Assembly (NCBI GenBank): GCA_964016885.1
Contig: OZ024742.1
Span: forward strand, 377,828,001-377,892,000
Source of the DNA: Eledone cirrhosa
Lineage: Eukaryota
Reading direction: 5' to 3'
DNA length: 64,000 nucleotides
Position numbers and translations under genes: made by a program. The notes beneath the pieces are model-generated. The model made no database searches. It was not told the origin of the DNA and was given only the letters and a program-made list of their open reading frames with translations. Positions 27,511 through 42,660 of this stretch are shown one piece after another (position 1 is the stretch's first letter; every line of letters starts with the position of its first letter).

Positions 27511-30500
27511 TCTGTCACATGTTAAACTATCTCTACAGAAGACTAGAACATATTTCTACTTCTGTCACTTGTTAAACTATCTCTACAGAAGACTAGAACA
27601 TATTTCTAAATCTGTCACTTGTTAAACTATCTCTACAGAAGACTAGAACATATTTCTACTTCTGTCACTTGTTAAACTATCTCTACAGAAGACTAGAACA
27701 TAGAACATATTTCTACTTCTGTCACTTGTTAAACTATCTCTACAGAAGACTAAAACATATTTCTACTTCTGTCACTTGTTAAACTATCTCTACAGAAGAC
27801 TAGAACATATTTATAAATCTGTCACTTGTTAAACTATCTCTACAGAAGACTAGAACATATTTCTACTTCTGTCACTTGTTAAACTATCTCTACAGAAGAC
27901 TAGAACATAGAACATATTTCTACTTCTGTCACTTGTTAAACTATCTCTACAGAAGACTAAAACATATTTCTACTTCTGTCACTTGTTAAACTATCTCTAC
28001 AGAAGACTAGAACATAATTCTACTTCTCTCACTTGTTAAACTATCTCTACAGAAGACTAGAACATAATTCCACTTCTGTAACTTGTTAAACTATCTCTAC
28101 AGAATACTAGAACTTATTTCTATTTCTGTCACTTGTTAAACTATCTCTACAGAAGACAAAATATAATTCTACTACTTTCACTTGTTAAACTATCTCTACA
28201 GAAGACTAGAACATAATTCTACTTCTTTCACTTGTTAAACTATCTCTACAGAAGACTAGAACATAATTCTACTTCTGTCACTTGTTAAACTATCTCTACA
28301 GAAGACTAGAACATAATTCTACTTCTTTCACTTGTTAAACTATCTCTACAGAAGACTAGAACATAGAACATATTTCTACTTCTGTCACTTGTTAAACTAT
28401 CTCTACAGAAGACTAAAACATATTTCTACTTCTGTCACTTGTTAAACTATCTCTACAGAAGACTAGAACATAATTCTACTTCTCTCACTTGTTAAACTAT
28501 CTCTACAGAAGACTAGAACATAATTCCACTTCTGTAACTTGTTAAACTATCTCTACAGAATACTAGAACTTATTTCTACTTCTGTCACATGATAAACTAT
28601 CTCTACAGAAGACTAGAACATATTTCTAGTTCTGTCACTTGTTAAACTATCTCTACAGAAGACTAGAACATATTTCTACTTCTGTCACTTGTTAAACTAT
28701 CTCTACAGAAGACTAGAACATAATTCTACTTCTGTCACTTGTTAAACTATCTCTACAGAAGACTAGAACATAATTCTACTTCTTTCACTTGTTAAACTAT
28801 CTCTACAGAAGACTAGAACATAATTCTACTTCTTTCACTTGTTAATCTATCTCTACAGAAGACTAGAACATAATTCTACTTCTGTCACTTGTTAAACTAT
28901 CTCTACAGAAGACTAGAACATAATTCTACTTCTGTCACTTGTTAAACTATCTCTACAGAAGACTAGAACTAATTTCTACTTCTGTCAGTTGTTAAACTAT
29001 CACTAAAGAAGACTTGAACATATTTCTACTTCTGTCACTTGTTAAACTATCTGTACAGAAGACTAGAACATAGAACATATTTCTGCTTCTGTCACTTGTT
29101 AAAGTATCTCTACAGAAGACTAGAACATATTACTACTTCTGTCACTTGTTAAACTATCTCTACAAAAGACTAGAACATATTTCTACTACTGTCCCTTGTT
29201 AAACTCGCTCTACAGAAGACTAGAACATATTTCTACTACTGTCCCTTGTTAAACTATCTCTACAGAAGACTAGAACATATTTCTACTTCTGTCACTTGTT
29301 AAACTATCTCTACAGAACACTACGACATATTCCTACATCTGTCACTTGTTAAACTATCTCTACAGAAGACTAGAACATATTTCTTCTTCTGTTACTTGTC
29401 ACACTATCTCTACAGAAGACAAGAACCTATTTCTATTTCTGTCACTTGTTAAACTACCTCAACAGAAGAATAGAACACATTTCTACTTCTGTCACTTGTT
29501 AAACTATCTCTAAAGAAGACTAGAACATATTTCTACTTCTGTCACATGTTAAACTATCTCTGCAGAAGACTAGAACATAGTTCTACTCCTGTCACTCGTT
29601 AAATTATCTCTACAGAAGACTAGAAAATAATTCTACTTCTTTCACATGTTAAACTATCTCTACAGAAGACTAGAACATAATTCTACTTCTTTCACATGTT
29701 AAACCATCTCTACAGAAGACTAGAACATATTTCTACTATTGTCACTTGTTAACTTATCTCTACAGAAGACTAGAACATAATTCTACTTCTGTCACTTGTT
29801 GAACTATCTCTACAGAAGACTAGAACCTAATTCTACTTCTGTCACTTGTTAAACTATCTCTACATAAGACTATAACATAGAACATAATTCTACTTCTGTC
29901 ACTTGTTGAACTATCTCTACAGAAGACTAGAACATAATTCTACTTCTGTCACTTGTTAAACTATCTCTACAGAAGACTAAAACATATTTCTACTTCTGTC
30001 ACTTGTTAAACTATCTCTACAGAAGACTAGAACATAATTCTACTTCTTTAACTTGTTAAACTATCTCTACAGAAGACTAGAACATAATTCTACTTCTTTC
30101 ATTTGTTAAACTATCTCTACAGAAGACTAGAACATAATTCTACTTCTGTCACTTGTTAAACTATCTCTACAGAAGACTAGAACTAATTTCTACTTCTGTC
30201 AGTTGTTAAACTATCACTAAAGAAGACTTGAACATATTTCTACTTCTGTCACTTGTTAAACTATCTCTACAGAAGACTAGAACATAGAACATATTTCTGC
30301 TTCTGTCACTTGTTAAACTATCTCTACAGAAGACTAGAACATAGAACATATTTCTAATTCTGTCACTTGTTAAACTATCTCTACAGAAGACTAAAACATA
30401 TTTCTACTTCTGTCACTTGTTAAACTATCTCTACAGAAGACTAGAACATAATTCTACTTCTTTCACTTGTTAAACTATCTCTACAGAAGACTAGAACATA

Positions 30501-33500
30501 TTTCTACTTCTGTCACTTGTTAAACTATCTCTACAGAAGACTAGAACGTAGAACATATTTCTACTTCTGTCACTTGTTAAACTATCTCTACATAAGACTA
30601 AATCATATTTCTACTTCTGTCACTTGTTAAACTATCTCTACAGAAGACTAGAACATAGAACATATTTCTACTTCTGTCACTTGTTAAACTATCTCTACAG
30701 AAGACTAAAACATATTTCTACTTCTGTCACTTGTTAAACTATCTCTACAGAAGACTAGAACATAATTCTACTTCTTTCACTTGTTAAACTATCTCTACAG
30801 AAGACTAGAACATAATTCTACTTCTTTCACTTGTTAAACTATCTCTACAGAAGACTAGAACATAATTCTACTTCTGTCACTTGTTAAACTATCTCTACAG
30901 AAGACTAGAACATAATTCTACTCCTGTCACTTGTTAAACTATCTCTACAGAAGACTAGAACTAATTTCTACTTCTGTCAGTTGTTAAACTATCACTAAAG
31001 AAGACTTGTACATATTTCTACTTCTGTCACTTGTTAAACAATCTCTACAGAAGATTAGAACATAGAACATATTTCTGCTTCTGTCACTTGTTAAACTATC
31101 TCTACAGAAGACTAAAACATATTTCTACTTCTGTCACTTGTTAAACTATCTCTACAGAAGACTAGAACATATTTCTACTTCTGTCACTTGTTAAACTATC
31201 TCTACAGAAGACTAAAACATATTTCTACTTCTGTCACTTGTTAAACTATCTCTACAGAAGACTAGAACATATTTCTACTTCTGTCACTTGTTAAACTATC
31301 TCTACAGAAGACTAGAACATATTTCTACTTCTGTCACTTGTTAAACTATCTCTACAGAAGACTAGAACATATTTCTACTTCTGTCACTTGTTAAACTATC
31401 TCTACAGAAGACTAGAACGTAGAACATATTTCTACTTCTGTCACTTGTTAAACTATCTCTACATAAGACTAAATCATATTACTACTTCTGTCACTTGTTA
31501 AACTATCTCTACAGAAGACAAAACATAATTCTACTTCTTTCACTTGTTAAACTATCTCTACAGAAGATTAGAACATAATTCTACTTCTTTCACTTGTTAA
31601 ACTATCTCTACAGAAGACTAGAACATAATTCTATTTCTGTCACTTGTTAAACTATCTCTACAGAAGACTAGAACATAATTCTACTTCTTTCACTTGTTAA
31701 ACTATCTCTACAGAAGACTAGAACATAATTCTACTTATGTCACTTGTTAAACTATCTCTACAGAAGACTAGAACATAATTCTACTTCTGTCACATGTTAA
31801 ACAATCTCTACAGAAGACTAGAACATATTTCTACTTCTGTCACTTGTTAAACTATCTCTACAGAAGACTAGAACATATTTCTACTTCTGTCACTTGTTAA
31901 ACTATCTCTACAGAAGACTAGAACATAATTCTACTTCTGTCACATGTTGAACTATCTCTGCAGAAGACTAGAACATATTTCTACTCCTGTCACTCGTTAA
32001 ATTATCTCTACAGAACACTAGAAAATAATTCTACTTCTTTCACATGTTAAACTATCTCTACAGAAGACTAGAACATAATTCTACTTCTTTCACGTGTTAA
32101 ACCATCTCTACAGAAGACTAAAACATATTTCTACTATTGTCACTTGTTAACTTATCTCTACAGAAGACTAGAACATAATTCTACTTCTGTCACTTGTTAA
32201 ACCATCTCTACAGAAGGCTAGAACATAATTCTACTTCTTTCACATGTTAAACTATCTCTACAGAAGACTAGAACATAATTCTACTTCTGTCACTTGTTAA
32301 CCTATCTCTACAGATGACTAGAACATAATTCTACTTCTTTCACTTGTTAAACTATCTCTACAGAAGACTAGAACATATTTCTACTATTGTCACATGTTAA
32401 CCTATCTCTACAGAAGACTAGAACATAATTCTACTTCTGTCACATGTTAAACTATCTCTACAGAAGACTAGAACATATTTCTACTTCTGTCACTTGTTAA
32501 ACTATCTCTACAGAAGACTAGAACATATTTCTAAATATGTCACTTGTTAAACTATCTCTACAGAAGACTAGAACATATTTCTACTTCTGTCACTTGTTAA
32601 ACTATCTCTACAGAAGACTAGAACGTAGAACATATTTATACTTCTGTCACTTGTTAAACTATCTCTACAGAAGACTAAATCATATTTCTACTTCTGTCAC
32701 TTGTTAAACTATCTCTACAGAAGACAAAACATAATTCTACTACTTTCACTTGTTAAACTATCTCTACAGAAGACTAGAACATAATTCTACTTCTATCACT
32801 TGTTAAACTATCTCTACAGAAGACTAGAACATAATTCTACTTCTGTCACTTGTTAAACTATCTCTACAGAAGACTAGAACATAATTCTACTTCTTTCACT
32901 TGTTAAACTATCTCTACAGAAGACTAGAACATAGAACATATTTCTACTTCTGTCACTTGTTAAACTATCTCTACAGAAGACTAAAACATATTTCTACTTC
33001 TGTCACTTGTTAAACTATCTCTACAGAATACTAGAACTTATTTCTACTTCTGTCACATGATAAACTATCTCTACAGAAGACTAGAACATATTTCTACTTC
33101 TGTCACTTGTTAAACTATCTCTACAGAAGACTAGAACATATTTCTACTTCTGTCACTTGTTAAACTATCTCTACAGAAGACTAGAACATAATTCTACTTC
33201 TGTCACTTGTTAAACTATCTCTACAGAAGACTAGAACATAATTCTACTTCTTTCACTTGTTAAACTATCTCTACAGAAGACTAGAACATAATTCTACTTC
33301 TTTCACTTGTTAATCTATCTCTACAGAAGACTAGAACATAATTCTACTTCTGTCACTTGTTAAACTATCTCTACAGAAGACTAGAACATAATTCTACTTC
33401 TGTCACTTGTTAAACTATCTCTACAGAAGACTAGAACTAATTTCTACTTCTGTCAGTTGTTAAACTATCACTAAAGAAGACTTGAACATATTTCTACTTC

Positions 33501-34089
33501 TGTCACTTGTTAAACTATCTCTACAGAAGACTAGAACATAGAACATATTTCTGCTTCTGTCACTTGTTAAAGTATCTCTACAGAAGACTAGAACATATTA
33601 CTACTTCTGTCACTTGTTAAACTATCTCTACAGAAGACTAGAACATATTTCTACTACTGTCCCTTGTTAAACTCTCTCTACAGAAGACTAGAACATATTT
33701 CTACTACTGTCCCTTGTTAAACTCTCTCTACAGAAGACTAGAACATATTTCTACTACTGTCCCCTGTTAAACTATCTCTACAGAAGACTAGAACATATTT
33801 CTACTACTGTCACTTGTTAAACTATCTCTACAGAATACTACGACATATTTCTACATCTGTCACTTGTTAAACTATCTCTACAGAAGACTAGAACATATTT
33901 CTTCTTCTGTTACTTGTCACACTATCTCTACAGAAGACTAGAACATAATTCTACTTCTGTCACTTGTTAACCTATCTCTACAGAAGACTAGAACATGATT
34001 CTACTACTCTCACTTGTTAAACTACCTCTACAGAAGACAAGAACATATTTCTACTTCTGTCACTTGTTAAACTACCTCAACAGAAGAAT

Positions 34090-37000
34090 AGAACATATTT
34101 CTACTTCTGTCACTTGTTAAACTATCTCTAAAGAAGACTAGAACATATTTCTACTTCTGTCACATGTTAAACTATCTATGCAGAAGACTAGAACATAGTT
34201 CAACTTCTGTCACTTGTTAAACTATCTCTACAGAAGACTAGAACGTAGAACATATTTCTACTTCTGTCACTTGTTAAACTATCTCTACATAAGACTAAAT
34301 CATATTTCTACTTCTGTCACTTGTTAAACTATCTCTACAGAAGACTAGAACATAGAACATATTTCTACTTCTGTCACTTGTTAAACTATCTCTACAGAAG
34401 ACTAAAACATATTTCTACTTCTGTCACTTGTTAAACTATCTCTACAGAAGACTAGAACATAATTCTACTTCTTTCACATGTTAAACTATCTCTACAGAAG
34501 ACTAGAACATAATTCTACTTCTTTCACTTGTTAAACTATCTCTACAGAAGACTAGAACATAATTCTACTTCTGTCACTTGTTAAACTATCTCTACAGAAG
34601 ACTAGAACTGATTTCTACATCTGTCAGTTGTTAAACTATCACTAAAGAAGACTTGAACATATTTCTACTTCTGTCACTTGTTAAACTATCTCTACAGAAG
34701 ATTAGAACATAGAACATATTTCTGCTTCTGTCACTTGTTAAACTATCTCTACAGAAGACTAGAACATAGAACATATTTCTACTTCTGTCACTTGTTAAAC
34801 TATCTCTACAGAAGACTAAAACATATTTCTACTTCTGTCACTTGTTAAACTATCTCTACAGAAGACTAGAACATATTTGTACTTCTGTCACTTGTTAAAC
34901 TATCTCTACAGAAGACTAGAACATATTTCTACTTCTGTCACTTGTTAAACTATCTCTACAGAAGACTAGAACGTAGAACATATTTCTACTTCTATCACTT
35001 GTTAAACTATCTCTACATAAGACTAAATCATATTACTACTTCTGTCACTTGTTAAACTATCTCTACAGAAGACAAAACATAATTCAACTTCTTTCACTTG
35101 TTAAACTATCTCTACAGAAGACTAGAACATAATTCTACTTCTTTCACTTGTTAAACTATCTCTACAGAAGACTAGAACATAATTCTACTTCTGTCACTTG
35201 TTAAACTATCTCTACAGAAGACTAGAACATAATTCTACTTCTTTCACTTGTTAAACTATCTCTACAGAAGACTAGAACATAATTCTACTTCTGTCACTTG
35301 TTAAACTATCTCTACAGAAGACTAGAACATAATTCTACTTCTGTCACATGTTAAACAATCTCTACAGAAGACTAGAACATATTTCTACTTCTGTCACTTG
35401 TTAAACTATCTCTACAGAAGAGTAGAACATATTTCTACTTCTGTCACTTGTTAAACTATCTCTACAGAAGACTAGAACATAATTCTACTTCTGTCACTTG
35501 TTAAACTATCTCTACAGAAGACTAGAACCTATTACTACTACTGTCACTTGTTAAACTATCTCTACAGAAGGCTAGAACATAATTCTACTTCTTTCACATG
35601 TTAAACTATCTCTACAGAAGACTAGAACATATTTCTACTATTGTCACATGTTAACCTATCTCTACAGAAGACTAGAACATAATTCTACTTCTGTCACATG
35701 TTAAACAATCTCTACAGAAGACTAGAAAATATTTCTACTTCTGTCACTTGTTAAACTATCTCTACAGAAGACTAGAACATATTTCTAAATCTGTCACTTG
35801 TTAAACTATCTCTACAGAAGACTAGAACATATTTCTACTTCTGTCACTTGTTAAACTATCTCTACAGAAGACTAGAACGTAGAACATATTTCTACTTCTG
35901 TCACTTGTTAAACTATCTCTACAGAAGACTAAATCATATTTCTACTTCTGTCACTTGTTAAACTATCTCTACAGAAGACAAAACATAATTCTACTACTTT
36001 CACTTGTTAAACTATCTCTACAGAAGACTAGAACATAATTCTACTTCTTTCACTTGTTAAACTATCTCTACAGAAGACTAGAACATAATTCTACTTCTGT
36101 CACTTGTTAAACTATCTCTACAGAAGACTAGAACATAATTCTACTTTTTCACTTGTTAAACTATCTCTACAGAAGACTAGAACATAATTCTACTTCTGTC
36201 ACTTGTTAAACTATCTCTACAGAAGACTAGAACTAATTTCTACTTCTGTCACTTGTTAAACTATCTCTAAAGAAGACTAGAACATATTTCTACTTCTGTC
36301 ACATGTTAAACTATCTATGCAGAAGACTAGAACATAGTTCAACTTCTGTCACTTGTTAAACTATCTCTACAGAAGACTAGAACGTAGAACATATTTCTAC
36401 TTCTGTCACTTGTTAAACTATCTCTACATAAGACTAAATCATATTTCTACTTCTGTCACTTGTTAAACTATCTCTACAGAAGACTAGAACATAGAACATA
36501 TTTCTACTTCTGTCACTTGTTAAACTATCTCTACAGAAGACTAAAACATATTTCTACTTCTGTCACTTGTTAAACTATCTCTACAGAAGACTAGAACATA
36601 ATTCTACTTCTTTCACATGTTAAACTATCTCTACAGAAGACTAGAACATAATTCTACTTCTTTCACTTGTTAAACTATCTCTACAGAAGACTAGAACATA
36701 ATTCTACTTCTGTCACTTGTTAAACTATCTCTACAGAAGACTAGAACTGATTTCTACATCTGTCAGTTGTTAAACTATCACTAAAGAAGACTTGAACATA
36801 TTTCTACTTCTGTCACTTGTTAAACTATCTCTACAGAAGATTAGAACATAGAACATATTTCTGCTTCTGTCACTTGTTAAACTATCTCTACAGAAGACTA
36901 GAACATAGAACATATTTCTACTTCTGTCACTTGTTAAACTATCTCTACAGAAGACTAAAACATATTTCTACTTCTGTCACTTGTTAAACTATCTCTACAG

Positions 37001-38370
37001 AAGACTAGAACATATTTCTACTTCTGTCACTTGTTAAACTATCTCTACAGAAGACTAGAACATATTTCTACTTCTGTCACTTGTTAAACTATCTCTACAG
37101 AAGACTAGAACGTAGAACATATTTCTACTTCTATCACTTGTTAAACTATCTCTACATAAGACTAAATCATATTACTACTTCTGTCACTTGTTAAACTATC
37201 TCTACAGAAGACAAAACATAATTCAACTTCTTTCACTTGTTAAACTATCTCTACAGAAGACTAGAACATAATTCTACTTCTTTCACTTGTTAAACTATCT
37301 CTACAGAAGACTAGAACATAATTCTACTTCTGTCACTTGTTAAACTATCTCTACAGAAGACTAGAACATAATTCTACTTCTTTCACTTGTTAAACTATCT
37401 CTACAGAAGACTAGAACATAATTCTACTTCTGTCACTTGTTAAACTATCTCTACAGAAGACTAGAACATAATTCTACTTCTGTCACATGTTAAACAATCT
37501 CTACAGAAGACTAGAACATATTTCTACTTCTGTCACTTGTTAAACTATCTCTACAGAAGAGTAGAACATATTTCTACTTCTGTCACTTGTTAAACTATCT
37601 CTACAGAAGACTAGAACATAATTCTACTTCTGTCACTTGTTAAACTATCTCTACAGAAGACTAGAACCTATTACTACTACTGTCACTTGTTAAACTATCT
37701 CTACAGAAGGCTAGAACATAATTCTACTTCTTTCACATGTTAAACTATCTCTACAGAAGACTATATCATATTTCTACTATTGTCACATGTTAACCTATCT
37801 CTACAGAAGACTAGAACATAATTCTACTTCTGTCACATGTTAAACAATCTCTACAGAAGACTAGAAAATATTTCTACTTCTGTCACTTGTTAAACTATCT
37901 CTACAGAAGACTAGAACATATTTCTAAATCTGTCACTTGTTAAACTATCTCTACAGAAGACTAGAACATATTTCTACTTCTGTCACTTGTTAAACTATCT
38001 CTACAGAAGACTAGAACGTAGAACATATTTCTACTTCTGTCACTTGTTAAACTATCTCTACAGAAGACTAAATCATATTTCTACTTCTGTCACTTGTTAA
38101 ACTATCTCTACAGAAGACAAAACATAATTCTACTACTTTCACTTGTTAAACTATCTCTACAGAAGACTAGAACATAATTCTACTTCTTTCACTTGTTAAA
38201 CTATCTCTACAGAAGACTAGAACATAATTCTACTTCTGTCACTTGTTAAACTATCTCTACAGAAGACTAGAACATAATTCTACTTCTTTCACTTGTTAAA
38301 CTATCTCTACAGAAGACTAGAACATAATTCTACTTCTGTCACTTGTTAAACTATCTCTACAGAAGACTAG
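34090..38370. repeat. Tandem duplication, unit 2139 bp (42 monomers)
   Basis: ACTATCTATGCAG is at 34171/36310 and GAAGAGTAG at 35421/37560, both offset 2139. The length matches 42x50+42-3=2139. Confidence 0.9.
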
Positions 38371-41300
38371 AACTAATTTCTACTTCTGTCAGTTGTTAAA
38401 CTATCACTAAAGAAGACTTGAACATATTTCTACTTCTGTCACTTGTTAAACTATCTCTACAGAAGACTAGAACATAGAACATATTTCTGCTTCTGTCACT
38501 TGTTAAACTATCTCTACAGAAGACTAGAACATAGAACATATTTCTAATTCTGTCACTTGTTAAACTATCTCTACAGAAGACTAAAACATATTTCTACTTC
38601 TGTCACTTGTTAAACTATCTCTACAGAAGACTAGAACATAATTCTACTTCTTTCACTTGTTAAACTATCTCTACAGAAGACTAGAACATATTTCTACTTC
38701 TGTCACTTGTTAAACTATCTCTACAGAAGACTAGAACGTAGAACATATTTCTACTTCTGTCACTTGTTAAACTATCTCTACATAAGACTAAATCATATTT
38801 CTACTTCTGTCACTTGTTAAACTATCTCTACAGAAGACTAGAACATAGAACATATTTCTACTTCTGTCACTTGTTAAACTATCTCTACAGAAGACTAAAA
38901 CATATTTCTACTTCTGTCACTTGTTAAACTATCTCTACAGAAGACTAGAACATAATTCTACTTCTTTCACTTGTTAAACTATCTCTACAGAAGACTAGAA
39001 CATAATTCTACTTCTTTCACTTGTTAAACTATCTCTACAGAAGACTAGAACATAATTCTACTTCTGTCACTTGTTAAACTATCTCTACAGAAGACTAGAA
39101 CATAATTCTACTTCTGTCACTTGTTAAACTATCTCTACAGAAGACTAGAACTAATTTCTACTTCTGTCAGTTGTTAAACTATCACTAAAGAAGACTTGTA
39201 CATATTTCTACTTCTGTCACTTGTTAAACAATCTCTACAGAAGATTAGAACATAGAACATATTTCTGCTTCTGTCACTTGTTAAACTATCTCTACAGAAG
39301 ACTAAAACATATTTCTACTTCTGTCACTTGTTAAACTATCTCTACAGAAGACTAGAACATATTTCTACTTCTGTCACTTGTTAAACTATCTCTACAGAAG
39401 ACTAAAACATATTTCTACTTCTGTCACTTGTTCAACTATCTCTACAGAAGACTAGAACATATTTCAACTTCTGTCACTTGTTAAACTATCTCTACAGAAG
39501 ACTAGAACATATTTCTACTTCTGTCACTTGTTACACTATCTCTACATAAGACTAAATCATATTTCTACTTCTGTCACTTGTTAAACTATCTCTACAGAAG
39601 ACTAGAACATAGAACATATTTCTACTTCTGTCACTTGTTAAACTATCTCTACAGAAGACTAAAACATATTTCTACTTCTGTCACTTGTTAAACTATCTCT
39701 ACAGAAGACTAGAACATAATTCTACTTCTTTCACATGTTAAACTATCTCTACAGAAGACTAGAACATAATTCTACTTCTTTCACTTGTTAAACTATCTCT
39801 ACAGAAGACTAGAACATAATTCTACTTCTGTCACTTGTTAAACTATCTCTACAGAAGACTAGAACTGATTTCTACATCTGTCAGTTGTTAAACTATCACT
39901 AAAGAAGACTTGAACATATTTCTACTTCTGTCACTTGTTAAACTATCTCTACAGAAGATTAGAACATAGAACATATTTCTGCTTCTGTCACTTGTTAAAC
40001 TATCTCTACAGAAGACTAGAACATAGAACATATTTCTACTTCTGTCACTTGTTAAACTATCTCTACAGAAGACTAAAACATATTTCTACTTCTGTCACTT
40101 GTTAAACTATCTCTACAGAAGACTAGAACATATTTCTACTTCTGTCACTTGTTAAACTATCTCTACAGAAGACTAGAACATATTTCTACTTCTGTCACTT
40201 GTTAAACTATCTCTACAGAAGACTAGAACGTAGAACATATTTCTACTTCTATCACTTGTTAAACTATCTCTACATAAGACTAAATCATATTACTACTTCT
40301 GTCACTTGTTAAACTATCTCTACAGAAGACAAAACATAATTCAACTTCTTTCACTTGTTAAACTATCTCTACAGAAGACTAGAACATAATTCTACTTCTT
40401 TCACTTGTTAAACTATCTCTACAGAAGACTAGAACATAATTCTACTTCTGTCACTTGTTAAACTATCTCTACAGAAGACTAGAACATAATTCTACTTCTT
40501 TCACATGTTAAACTATCTCTACAGAAGACTAGAACATAATTCTACTTCTGTCACTTGTTAAACTATCTCTACAGAAGACTAGAACATAATTCTACTTCTG
40601 TCACATGTTAAACAATCTCTACAGAAGACTAGAACATATTTCTACTTCTGTCACTTGTTAAACTATCTCTACAGAAGAGTAGAACATATTTCTACTTCTG
40701 TCACTTGTTAAACTATCTCTACAGAAGACTAGAACATAATTCTACTTCTGTCACTTGTTAAACTATCTCTACAGAAGACTAGAACCTATTACTACTACTG
40801 TCACTTGTTAAACTATCTCTACAGAAGGCTAGAACATAATTCTACTTCTTTCACATGTTAAACTATCTCTACAGAAGACTAGAACATATTTCTACTATTG
40901 TCACATGTTAACCTATCTCTACAGAAGACTAGAACATAATTCTACTTCTGTCACATGTTAAACAATCTCTACAGAAGACTAGAACATATTTCTACTTCTG
41001 TCACTTGTTAAACTATCTCTACAGAAGACTAGAACATATTTCTAAATCTGTCACTTGTTAAACTATCTCTACAGAAGACTAGAACATATTTCTACTTCTG
41101 TCACTTGTTAAACTATCTCTACAGAAGACTAGAACGTAGAACATATTTCTACTTCTGTCACTTGTTAAACTATCTCTACAGAAGACTAAATCATATTTCT
41201 ACTTCTGTCACTTGTTAAACTATCTCTACAGAAGACAAAACATAATTCTACTACTTTCACTTGTTAAACTATCTCTACAGAAGACTAGAACATAATTCTA

Positions 41301-42660
41301 CTTCTTTCACTTGTTAAACTATCTCTACAGAAGACTAGAACATAATTCTACTTCTGTCACTTGTTAAACTATCTCTACAGAAGACTAGAACATAATTCTA
41401 CTTCTTTCACTTGTTAAACTATCTCTACAGAAGACTAGAACATAATTCTACTTCTGTCACTTGTTAAACTATCTCTACAGAAGACTAGAACTAATTTCTA
41501 CTTCTGTCAGTTGTTAAACTATCACTAAAGAAGACTTGAACATATTTCTACTTCTGTCACTTGTTAAACTATCTCTACAGAAGACTAGAACATAGAACAT
41601 ATTTCTGCTTCTGTCACTTGTTAAACTATCTCTACAGAAGACTAGAACATAGAACATATTTCTAATTCTGTCACTTGTTAAACTATCTCTACAGAAGACT
41701 AAAACATATTTCTACTTCTGTCACTTGTTAAACTATCTCTACAGAAGACTAGAACATAATTCTACTTCTTTCACTTGTTAAACTATCTCTACAGAAGACT
41801 AGAACATATTTCTACTTCTGTCACTTGTTAAACTATCTCTACAGAAGACTAGAACGTAGAACATATTTCTACTTCTGTCACTTGTTAAACTATCTCTACA
41901 TAAGACTAAATCATATTTCTACTTCTGTCACTTGTTAAACTATCTCTACAGAAGACTAGAACATAGAACATATTTCTACTTCTGTCACTTGTTAAACTAT
42001 CTCTACAGAAGACTAAAACATATTTCTACTTCTGTCACTTGTTAAACTATCTCTACAGAAGACTAGAACATAATTCTACTTCTTTCACTTGTTAAACTAT
42101 CTCTACAGAAGACTAGAACATAATTCTACTTCTTTCACTTGTTAAACTATCTCTACAGAAGACTAGAACATAATTCTACTTCTGTCACTTGTTAAACTAT
42201 CTCTACAGAAGACTAGAACATAATTCTACTTCTGTCACTTGTTAAACTATCTCTACAGAAGACTAGAACTAATTTCTACTTCTGTCAGTTGTTAAACTAT
42301 CACTAAAGAAGACTTGTACATATTTCTACTTCTGTCACTTGTTAAACAATCTCTACAGAAGATTAGAACATAGAACATATTTCTGCTTCTGTCACTTGTT
42401 AAACTATCTCTACAGAAGACTAAAACATATTTCTACTTCTGTCACTTGTTAAACTATCTCTACAGAAGACTAGAACATATTTCTACTTCTGTCACTTGTT
42501 AAACTATCTCTACAGAAGACTAAAACATATTTCTACTTCTGTCACTTGTTAAACTATCTCTACAGAAGACTAGAACATATTTCAACTTCTGTCACTTGTT
42601 AAACTATCTCTACAGAAGACTAGAACATATTTCTACTTCTGTCACTTGTTACACTATCTC
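36410..42660. repeat. Tandem duplication, unit 3118 bp (61 monomers), overlapping the 2139-bp and 3804-bp duplications
   Basis: AGTAG at 37560/40678, AAGACTTGTA at 39191/42309 and TTACACTATC at 39531/42649 all give offset 3118. The length matches 61x50+70-2=3118. Confidence 0.9.

Larger units (their letters stand above)
1..29700. repeat. Left sub-array (variant lineage L) of the 50-bp satellite
   Basis: Carries variants AACTCGCTCT (~828, 3306, 5741, 7611, 10752, 15956, 19631, 29204), AGAACGCTAG (1445 to 24120), AGAGGACT, ATAATCCTAC and TTCTAGTTC. I did not see these right of ~29.7 kb. Confidence 0.85.
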
